A DNA stretch of 32,000 bases from Ferroglobus placidus DSM 10642 (lineage in GTDB: Archaea > Halobacteriota > Archaeoglobi > Archaeoglobales > Archaeoglobaceae): NCBI RefSeq assembly GCF_000025505.1, contig NC_013849.1:1500001-1532000 (forward strand). Reading direction: 5' to 3'. A program made the translations under genes and the position numbers. The notes beneath the pieces were generated by a model. That model had not been told where the DNA came from, searched no databases, and saw only the letters and a program-made list of their open reading frames with translations. Positions 25,327-32,000 of the stretch are shown here, piece by piece (position 1 is the first letter of the stretch; each line of letters starts with the position of its first letter).

Positions 25327-25449
25327 AGGAATTTTATAGCTTTTACTTCCGCTCCAAGTCTAATCGAGACAATAACTTCAAACTTCTACCAAAAGTCGTG
25401 GAAAATCTACAGCAAAATTATAATTGCTAAAAATCAGAGATCTTTGGAT

Positions 25450-26517
25450 TTACGCATAAGAGTCGCCAGTAGCTCTAACGCTGATCTTTTTAACAGTTTC
25501 GACCATCACCCTAACGTTTCTGTTCGGGGTTAGCGGAGAAAGAGAACAGCCAGGAGCGATTATATCTATTCCCGCCTCTATCGCTCGAAGCGTCTCAGCT
25601 TCAACATCTTCAGGTTTTCCGAAGGGAAGAGTGTATATCGTGTCGATGTTACCCATTATCGCCGCCTTTCCTCTTGAAATCTCCACCGCAAACCTTGCGT
25701 CAGTCTTCGAATCTATGCTCAAGCAAGTCGCTTTCGTCTCTACCATGTCTTCGATTATGCTCGTGCAATCTCCGCAGATGTGGAGTATGGTTATTCCCTT
25801 GATCTTCCTTATCAGCTTTCTATCGAAAGGCTTTGCAAACTTCGCATAGTTTTTCGCTCCTATTACATCTGCGGAAGCGAACATGTTCTCGATGACTATC
25901 GCATCAGCTCCCCTATCTCTCATAGCTTTCGCATACTCTGCTATCGCATCAAGCCCCATTTCGGTGAATTCTTCAACAAGCTTGGGTTTTTTTATGGACA
26001 TCTTCAGAATCTTTTCTATGTTCGCTATGTGAGCAGCTAAGGAAAACGGACCTATAACGTGCCCCAATACTGGAAGAAAGTCTCCGTACTTCTCAGCTAA
26101 AATTTCGATCGCATCGAGAACTATCGGTATTCTTCCCCTCTCCAAGAAGTTTTCGGGAACCTCTATTCCCTCCGGAGCAACGCAACCTTTAAAAGAAACA
26201 ACCGGAATGCTGCTCTTCTTTTTTCCCCAGTTCACTTCCAAACCAAACGCTTCAGCTTCCACAGTTTGGCAAAACGGTACACCAACCCCCTCCAATCCGA
26301 GTTCTTCCCAAGCAGCAGAAGCTAATGTTGCAAGCTTTTCAGGGTTTGAATAGGCATCTTTGTAAAATATTCCAAGTTTCTCCATCTGCTCTATCGTGGC
26401 TGTTTGGTTAGCAGACAAAACCGGAGGACGGTCTACCTTTTTCAATTTAACTGCTTTTAAAAACCTTTCCTTTGGCGTTAACTCATTCGCAGAAAAGCTT
26501 TTTGAGATCCTCTTCAT
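25450..26517 (-). CDS. UROD-family methyltransferase (MtaA/MtbA-like), third paralog
   Basis: LTPKERFLKAVKLKKVDRPPV, GHVIGPFSLAAHIA, ITILHICGDCTSIIEDM, IIAPGCSLSPLTP. Confidence 0.88.
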   Translation of the reverse strand: MKRISKSFSANELTPKERFLKAVKLKKVDRPPVLSANQTATIEQMEKLGIFYKDAYSNPEKLATLASAAWEELGLEGVGVPFCQTVEAEAFGLEVNWGKKKSSIPVVSFKGCVAPEGIEVPENFLERGRIPIVLDAIEILAEKYGDFLPVLGHVIGPFSLAAHIANIEKILKMSIKKPKLVEEFTEMGLDAIAEYAKAMRDRGADAIVIENMFASADVIGAKNYAKFAKPFDRKLIRKIKGITILHICGDCTSIIEDMVETKATCLSIDSKTDARFAVEISRGKAAIMGNIDTIYTLPFGKPEDVEAETLRAIEAGIDIIAPGCSLSPLTPNRNVRVMVETVKKISVRATGDSYA

Positions 26518-26989
26518 TGTAATTCACCAGCAACCTTTTCTCTTCCTTAATTATCGAAGCTACGAAGTGCGTTCCTGTCTTTACAACTCCGTCGATGGCA
26601 TGTATCTCTCTGAGAATTCTTTTGAGATCTTCTCTGTCCTTTGCCCTCGCTATAACAATGAAATCGAAATCTCCGAGGATGTAGTAGACTGCAAAAACTC
26701 CTGAAATCGACGCAAGCTTCTGTCCGATTTCCTCCGGCGTTGTGTTGTTATAACTCACGCTTACGAACGTTACGGTGGTTATATCGAGTCCAAGGGCTTC
26801 CGGATTTAGCTCTATCAACGTACCTTTTATAAGTCCCATTTTTTTAAATTTCTTCAGTCTGTAGTGGACGGTGGAGCGGGAAATGTTCGTAATTTTCGAT
26901 ATTTCGTCGAGATTGTAGCTTCCGTTTTCCTCCAAGCACTTCAGGATCTTCAGGTCCTTTTCCTCAAGTTTTACCACCATCTCTACCAC
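26483..26989 (-). CDS. Lrp/AsnC-family transcriptional regulator
   Basis: LEEKDLKILKCLEENGSYNLDEISKITNISRSTVHYRLKKFKKMGLIKG HTH, then a RAM-like domain (GVFAVYYILGDFDFIVIARA). Confidence 0.93.
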   Translation of the reverse strand: MVEMVVKLEEKDLKILKCLEENGSYNLDEISKITNISRSTVHYRLKKFKKMGLIKGTLIELNPEALGLDITTVTFVSVSYNNTTPEEIGQKLASISGVFAVYYILGDFDFIVIARAKDREDLKRILREIHAIDGVVKTGTHFVASIIKEEKRLLVNYNEEDLKKLFCE

Positions 26990-27037
26990 CCCTTATTGTT
27001 CCCGATCGATAATAAAAGTTTCGCATTACTATATAAT

Positions 27038-27072
27038 TCAAATTAATTTGATTATTATTCAAGTTAGTTTGA
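27038..27072. promoter_or_regulatory. Paired 14-bp operator-like palindromes, 21 bp apart
   Basis: TCAAATTAATTTGA (27038..27051, perfect palindrome) and TCAAGTTAGTTTGA (27059..27072, 2 differences), upstream of the Lrp/AsnC gene. Confidence 0.6.
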
Positions 27073-27120
27073 GTTTTGTGTAAGAAGTTAATTAAGTTTT
27101 CGAAGAAGAACATAAACCCC

Positions 27121-28761
27121 TCAGCTTGGCGACTTCTCATCATTTTCAGCAGCGGGAGTAATCATCATCGGGGAAATGTAAGGTAGCAGAATTTTGAACT
27201 TCTCTTCTCCTATTAAATCTTTCAGCTCCTTCAAACTCCTGAACGGCTTAGCAGAGATTATCTTAGCTGCCGTAGTTTTTCCGATTCCCGGAATGCTTTC
27301 GAGCTGGTAAAGTTTCGCTTTATTTACGTCCAGAATTGGAATCGCCGTTACCGACCTCATTCCGTAATCGACAACTCTCGCATCGACGAAAGCGTTCCTT
27401 TCAAACTCTCCAACCAATCCGACTAAGAGGGGGTAAGTCGCAAGTTGTCTTGCGAAAGTTATTCTTCCTTTTCTTACCTCGCACCTCAAATCTCTTATCA
27501 GCCTGCCTTTCGGAACTATTTTTTGCAACATCCTGTTGTCTATGTTGTTCCTAACTCTCTCCTTGAAAATTTTGAAGTACTTTTTGTGTCTCCTCACGTT
27601 CTTGTAACCGACTTCAGCCATTGGCGTGTTTGGGAAAACCTTCACCTGCCTGATGTTTATCCTCCTGAGAAGCAAACCTCTTCGCATAACCTCTTCGAGA
27701 AACTCGTAGTTCTTCTCGAAGGTCTCCTTCGTCTCACCCTTCAAACCTATGACGAAGTTTATTCCCGGTAGAAAGTATGGTAAGCCGTTGTATCCGACGA
27801 ATCTTCCGTATCTGTTCATAAGCTCTATCGCAAACAGAACTTCGTCTGGCGTTGCCAGAAGATCGTTCCTCTCAATGACTTTTTCGTCAGCACTCTCCAA
27901 ACCGAAAGCAGCCACGTTTCCGGGAGTTTGGTAGCATACAATCGTCTTTATTATCTCTTTGCTCTCCTCAGGATAAGCTGCAATGGTTTTCGGATTAACG
28001 TTGTCCAGATGGAGGGTTTTAATCTTCGGGCATCTCCTCCAGATCTCTCTGTGGAAGTTTTTCAAAGCTTCCGGATTCGGTTTCGGAATATCCTTGGAGA
28101 AGTCGCCGAGGTAAGTGAAAAAGTCAGTTTGGTTTCCGAGTCTAAAATAGCGAACCCCTTGATTGTATAGAGTTTCTATTTCTTTTATAACCCACCTTGG
28201 CTCTCTCATCGAAATTCTGTGAATCCTCTCTATGCAAAAGCTGCACCTTCCCCAGTAACATCCCTTGTAAGTTTCTATCTCGCAGATAACGTTCGGATAA
28301 TCGCTGTGCTGCTTAACCACTTCTGCTCCGAGAACCGCAAATTTATTAACGAAGTTCCTGCTCGAATCCTTAACTTCTCCACCGAGCCTCTCATACAAAG
28401 CGTGCTCAAAAGGGAAGGGGAGAACCTCGTATCTTTCAAATATTTCTTTATCGAGATCCTCAAGAACTATAGGTCCGACGAGGATCTTCTCCTTTTCTGG
28501 AAGTAAGTGTTTTAGCTCTTTAGCCGAAAGCGGTTTTCCGCCAAGATATTTTCCCGGAACGGCAATTCCGGCTATAACGATCACGAGCTTCGCTTTATCG
28601 AACACGGAGGGGTTTTTTCGGAACTCGTCTATCGTTATGTATCTGTAGCTGTGCCCCAGATCTCTGAGCATTCCAGCTACGTATCTCGGATAGGGAGAAA
28701 TGTAAGGGGGAACTCCGAGGCAGGAAGGTTCGTCGACGTAGCCGTCGAGAATTCCTATCAT
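27121..28761 (-). CDS. Radical SAM protein with C-terminal helix-hairpin-helix domain
   Basis: CYWGRCSFC radical SAM cluster motif and LESIPGIGKTTAAKIISAKPFRSLKELKDLIG HhH. Confidence 0.88.
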   Translation of the reverse strand: MIGILDGYVDEPSCLGVPPYISPYPRYVAGMLRDLGHSYRYITIDEFRKNPSVFDKAKLVIVIAGIAVPGKYLGGKPLSAKELKHLLPEKEKILVGPIVLEDLDKEIFERYEVLPFPFEHALYERLGGEVKDSSRNFVNKFAVLGAEVVKQHSDYPNVICEIETYKGCYWGRCSFCIERIHRISMREPRWVIKEIETLYNQGVRYFRLGNQTDFFTYLGDFSKDIPKPNPEALKNFHREIWRRCPKIKTLHLDNVNPKTIAAYPEESKEIIKTIVCYQTPGNVAAFGLESADEKVIERNDLLATPDEVLFAIELMNRYGRFVGYNGLPYFLPGINFVIGLKGETKETFEKNYEFLEEVMRRGLLLRRINIRQVKVFPNTPMAEVGYKNVRRHKKYFKIFKERVRNNIDNRMLQKIVPKGRLIRDLRCEVRKGRITFARQLATYPLLVGLVGEFERNAFVDARVVDYGMRSVTAIPILDVNKAKLYQLESIPGIGKTTAAKIISAKPFRSLKELKDLIGEEKFKILLPYISPMMITPAAENDEKSPS

Positions 28762-29753
28762 TCTCCTCTCTGGATTTTCGCGTGACCGCCTATAATTGAG
28801 CTGCTAAGCTCCAAGTTTCTGATCTCGCACTTTTCATCTACTATGCTCCTCCAAAGCTTGACCTTCCTCAAAACAACATCCTCGAAAACGACGGATTCGC
28901 TTATGTCGGAATTTTCTATGACGCAGTTCTTTCCTATGTAAGCGAACGGACCGATTATGCTCCTCTCTTTAACCTCCACTCCCTCCTCTATGACTACCGG
29001 CTCTATTACCTTGCTCGTTTCGTCGATTTCAACGTCCTCGGCTATGTAGCTTTCCGTGTAGCATTTGAAAGCCTCTATGTAAGAATCCGGATTTCCAACG
29101 TCAAACCAGTTGTCGTTGAAGACGTGTCCCAAAACTTCTTCTCTGCTTACGAGCCACGAAACGAAATCTCCGAGGTTGTCTTTTCTTTCATCCCTCACGT
29201 ACTCTGGAAGCATCTTCACGACTTTTTCGGGAAGAGCGTATATTCCTATTCCGACCAAGGTCGTCAAAGGTTTTTCTGGCTTTTCGTAAAATTCCACTAT
29301 TCTCTCTCCGTCCATAACAGCTACACCGTATCTCTTAGCCAGCTCCTTATCTTTAACATCGTAAAGAGCTATTAGTGGCTTCCTTTCTTCCTCGAACTTT
29401 CTCACAAAGCTTTCCAAAGTGAATGAGAATATGTTGTCTCCCGCAACAACAAGTATATCATCGTTCATATCCTTCGTAATCTCCGAAAGAGCTTTGACAG
29501 CTCCGAGCTTTTCCTCCTCTCTCGTAGTATCTTCGACGACTATCTCAACCTTTTTGTCCTTAGCCCACTCTCTGAAATCTTCAGCGAATCTCAAATTCGT
29601 GGAGACGAAAATTTCGAAGTCGAAGGGAAGAAGCTTTTCGTAAATAAAGTCTATTATTTTCCTCTTACCTACGGGAAGCAACGGCTTAGCCTTCGTTTTG
29701 GTTATTGGCCAGAGCCTCGTTGCGTAACCGCCAGCCATTATCACCGCTTTCAT
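28758..29753 (-). CDS. Sugar-phosphate nucleotidyltransferase (NDP-sugar synthase-like) with left-handed beta-helix C terminus
   Basis: MKAVIMAGGYATRLWPITKTKAKPLLPVGKRKIID, and C-terminal hexapeptide-like repeats (ERSIIGPFAYIGKNCVIENSDISESVVFEDVVL). Confidence 0.93.
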   Translation of the reverse strand: MKAVIMAGGYATRLWPITKTKAKPLLPVGKRKIIDFIYEKLLPFDFEIFVSTNLRFAEDFREWAKDKKVEIVVEDTTREEEKLGAVKALSEITKDMNDDILVVAGDNIFSFTLESFVRKFEEERKPLIALYDVKDKELAKRYGVAVMDGERIVEFYEKPEKPLTTLVGIGIYALPEKVVKMLPEYVRDERKDNLGDFVSWLVSREEVLGHVFNDNWFDVGNPDSYIEAFKCYTESYIAEDVEIDETSKVIEPVVIEEGVEVKERSIIGPFAYIGKNCVIENSDISESVVFEDVVLRKVKLWRSIVDEKCEIRNLELSSSIIGGHAKIQRGE

Positions 29754-29830
29754 TACGAAATCTGATTTGACAATAAAGTTAAAAACTTTCGCTTCAAAAC
29801 CCTTAACTACTTTCTCACGAATTTGAAATC

Positions 29831-30298
29831 ATGTTCTCCCACATAGAAAACGGGAAAGTCAGAATGGTTGACGTAAGCGAAAAAGATGTTGTTCTTAGAA
29901 TTGCGAGAGCTGAAGGCTTTATTAAGCTTAAAAAGGAGACGATCGAAGCGATTAAAAAGGGAGAAGTTGAGAAAGGGAACGTTATAGCTACAGCAGTAAT
30001 AGCCGGCACTCTCGCGGTGAAGAAAACTTCAGAGTTAATTCCGATGTGTCATCCAATTCCGATAACCTCGGTAAAATTCGACTACGAATTTGAGGAAGAC
30101 GGAATAAAAATGACGTGCGAAGTGAAGGCTTTTGCAAAAACCGGAGTGGAGATGGAAGCACTAACTGGAGTTAGTGTCGCTCTGCTTACCGTATGGGACA
30201 TGGTGAAATCGATGGAGAAGGATGAAAGAGGCAATTACCCGGAGACAGCTATAAAAAATGTGAGGGTTGTCGAGAAAGTGAAGGTTCCTGATTTCTAA
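29831..30298 (+). CDS. moaC: Cyclic pyranopterin monophosphate synthase
   Basis: [61 protein letters not shown]. Confidence 0.95.
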   Translation: MFSHIENGKVRMVDVSEKDVVLRIARAEGFIKLKKETIEAIKKGEVEKGNVIATAVIAGTLAVKKTSELIPMCHPIPITSVKFDYEFEEDGIKMTCEVKAFAKTGVEMEALTGVSVALLTVWDMVKSMEKDERGNYPETAIKNVRVVEKVKVPDF

Positions 30299-30406
30299 AA
30301 ACCAAGGAGAATGTTGGACGCTTCTCTTTTTGAGATTTCCTCTCAGAAATTTGAAATATCGAAGTGGGGAAAACTTTTTTAACCTTTAATCCATGATACA
30401 ATTATT

Positions 30407-30781
30407 GTGATAATCAACAACCAACTGATGTTTCTCGAAAACAAGTTCGAATTTCTAAAGGGGGAGATAGAAAGGGCAAAGGAAGAGTACGAAAGGAGGA
30501 TTGAAGAGATAGATCGCGAGGTAGACGAAATTTTCAGAAATCTTGAGAAAAGCGGAAAGAAGATAACGAACAGAATTCTTCTAAACCAGATTCTCGACGA
30601 TTACATTCAGAAAAAGCTGGGGAAAGGTGAAATGGAAATTCTGAAAGAAATCGACATTTCGGCTAAAAAAAAGGAGAGAATCGTTTTTGCCAGGTACGGC
30701 AAGTTTAACGTTCTTCTGAGAATAATCTACAAGGGTGAAAACAACTTTCAGATTCTGAACTGCGAGCTTTACGTAGTTTAG
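30407..30781 (+). CDS. Hypothetical protein with N-terminal coiled coil
   Basis: 124-aa ORF; Glu/Arg-rich heptad region, then a beta-rich C terminus. Confidence 0.55.
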   Translation: MIINNQLMFLENKFEFLKGEIERAKEEYERRIEEIDREVDEIFRNLEKSGKKITNRILLNQILDDYIQKKLGKGEMEILKEIDISAKKKERIVFARYGKFNVLLRIIYKGENNFQILNCELYVV

Positions 30782-30818
30782 ACAAAACCTTTTTAAGCTG
30801 AACAGCTGTCCTCTTTTC

Positions 30819-31001
30819 ATGGGTAAGACCGGAACGACTCAGTGGATCAAGATAAGAGGAAGAAAAGGTCAGACGAGGCTTGTTCCGTCGAAATATCAGT
30901 ATTACAAGAAGCCCGGGCCTAATCAGAAGTACACCTCCGACGGAAAAAGAAGGAGAAGGATAAAGAGGTCGCCGAAAAGCATAGTTGGAGCGAAAACTTA
31001 A
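30819..31001 (+). CDS. Small highly basic conserved protein (DUF5350-like, from memory)
   Basis: MGKTGTTQWIKIRGRKGQTRLVPSKYQYYKKPGPNQKYTSDGKRRRRIKRSPKSIVGAKT with a clear ATG. Confidence 0.6.
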   Translation: MGKTGTTQWIKIRGRKGQTRLVPSKYQYYKKPGPNQKYTSDGKRRRRIKRSPKSIVGAKT

Positions 31002-31082
31002 CGTTACTTAGTTTTTTGAAATTGTTAAAATTTTGGTAAACGTTAAATTGCTTAATTGAGAATTTTGTACTGGGTGTAAAGA

Positions 31083-32000
31083 ATGGAAATCGCAAGCTTA
31101 GTTATCTCTCATAAAAAAGCTTCGATAGATGAAATTCAGAAGGCTTGGCACGGTGATTATAGAAGCTTAATTGAAAGGGTTTTAAAATATCCCGGAATTG
31201 AGGAATGCGTCATTTTAATGACTTGTAACCGCGTTGAGGTTTACGTTGTCGGAAACTACACAGAAAAAACGCTTTTAAAATTTGCGAAGGAAATGGGCGT
31301 TCCAGAAAGGATAATCGAAATCCATAAAAACGAAAAATGCATGGAGCACATTCTCAGAGTCGCTTCCGGATTGGAATCGATGATGGTTGGAGAAGATCAA
31401 ATTCTCGGACAGGTAAAAGACTTTTACAATTTGGGGAAGCAGCACGGTGGAATTGGAGAAATCTTGGACTTAATTTTCTCCAAAGCCATACAAGTTGGTA
31501 AGAGAGTTAGAAGGGAGACGAGAATAAATAAGGGAGCGATTTCTATAGGCAGTGCAGCTGTGGAGCTCGCTGAAAGGGTGTTGAAGAGCTTAAAAGGTAA
31601 AAAAGCACTTGTAGTTGGAGCGGGAAAAATGGCTGAGCTCGTCGCAAGATCTTTAGCTCATAAAAACCTTGAGAAAATTTACATAGCTAACAGAACTTTC
31701 CAGCGAGGAGAGAAGCTTGCCGAAAAGGTTGGAGGAATCGCAATTCCCCTCGACAAACTTGAAAGGTACATGGTTGAGGTAGATGTTGTTTTCACAGCCA
31801 CAGCCTCCCAAAAACCGATAATAACGAAGGAAATTGCCGAGAAGGTAATGGAAGTTAGAAAGGACGAATTAGTTATCGTAGACATAGCTCTGCCGAGGAA
31901 TGTTGAAAAAGACGTGGGAAGTGTAGAAGGAATTAGGCTTTTCACGATAGACGATTTGAGAGAAATAAGCGAAGAAAACTTAAAAAGAAGGCTTAAAGAG
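31083..32000 (+). CDS. hemA: Glutamyl-tRNA reductase, 3' truncated by the window edge
   Basis: Not in the ORF track because it runs off the end. Translation: MEIASLVISHKKASIDEIQKAW...ILMTCNRVEVYVVG...GLESMMVGEDQILGQVKDFY...ISIGSAAVELAE...VVGAGKMAELVARSL. Confidence 0.93.
   Translation, partial: MEIASLVISHKKASIDEIQKAWHGDYRSLIERVLKYPGIEECVILMTCNRVEVYVVGNYTEKTLLKFAKEMGVPERIIEIHKNEKCMEHILRVASGLESMMVGEDQILGQVKDFYNLGKQHGGIGEILDLIFSKAIQVGKRVRRETRINKGAISIGSAAVELAERVLKSLKGKKALVVGAGKMAELVARSLAHKNLEKIYIANRTFQRGEKLAEKVGGIAIPLDKLERYMVEVDVVFTATASQKPIITKEIAEKVMEVRKDELVIVDIALPRNVEKDVGSVEGIRLFTIDDLREISEENLKRRLKE

Noticed and set aside
25411-25428. AGCAA-N8-TTGCT inverted repeat between the DsrE-like and third UROD genes
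   Set aside because: Short 5-bp arms with no T-run on the minus strand; insufficient as a terminator or operator.
27445-27771. 108-aa plus-strand ORF within the radical SAM/HhH gene
   Set aside because: Antisense shadow of a clearly supported minus-strand CDS; similar ORFs at 27336, 27749, 27928 and 28219 dismissed for the same reason.
29775-29789. AAAGTT-AAA-AACTTT hyphenated palindrome between the NDP-sugar gene and moaC
   Set aside because: Pure AT-rich composition makes short inverted repeats like this likely by chance; no partner copy found.
30819-31001. Ribosomal protein S30e call for the small basic protein
   Set aside because: Basic and of similar size, but the sequence lacks the KVR..TPK and NRR.F motifs I associate with S30e.
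1-32000. CRISPR array, transposon, integrase or tRNA genes
   Set aside because: No regularly spaced direct repeats, transposase/integrase ORFs, terminal repeats or tRNA cloverleaf segments were seen while reading. A tRNAscan-SE/Infernal run would be decisive.

Overview
The window reads as an archaeal chromosomal segment, probably from Archaeoglobales or a close relative. That assignment is inferred from gene content and TATA-like promoters only. It is dense in C1 and corrinoid metabolism. The centrepiece is a tightly packed + strand operon (~13.7-20.8 kb) with a UROD-family methyltransferase, a corrinoid protein, a [2Fe-2S]/ASKHA corrinoid-activating protein, an MtrH-like methyltransferase and a complete SsuABC/NMT1-type ABC transporter. 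It resembles an archaeal demethylation (Mto-like) system. Around it are a PduO-like adenosyltransferase, a small Cys-containing protein, TusA, AhpD-like, OsmC-like and DsrE-like proteins, two more UROD-family paralogs, fae, glyA, mtxX, a CobT-like protein and the 3' end of a MetE-like gene. Other genes include pheS, a complete mutS, sfsA, moaC and the 5' part of hemA. The most unusual observations are: (1) the ABC transporter substrate-binding protein appears circularly permuted, with its C-terminal half placed before its N-terminal half; (2) a full-length MutS with no MutL in the window overlaps a gene for a putative coiled-coil/PD-(D/E)xK-like protein; (3) two near-identical palindromes 21 bp apart sit upstream of an Lrp/AsnC-family gene; (4) a MarC-family gene seems to lack any ATG/GTG/TTG start. 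No tRNA, rRNA, CRISPR array or transposon was recognised.
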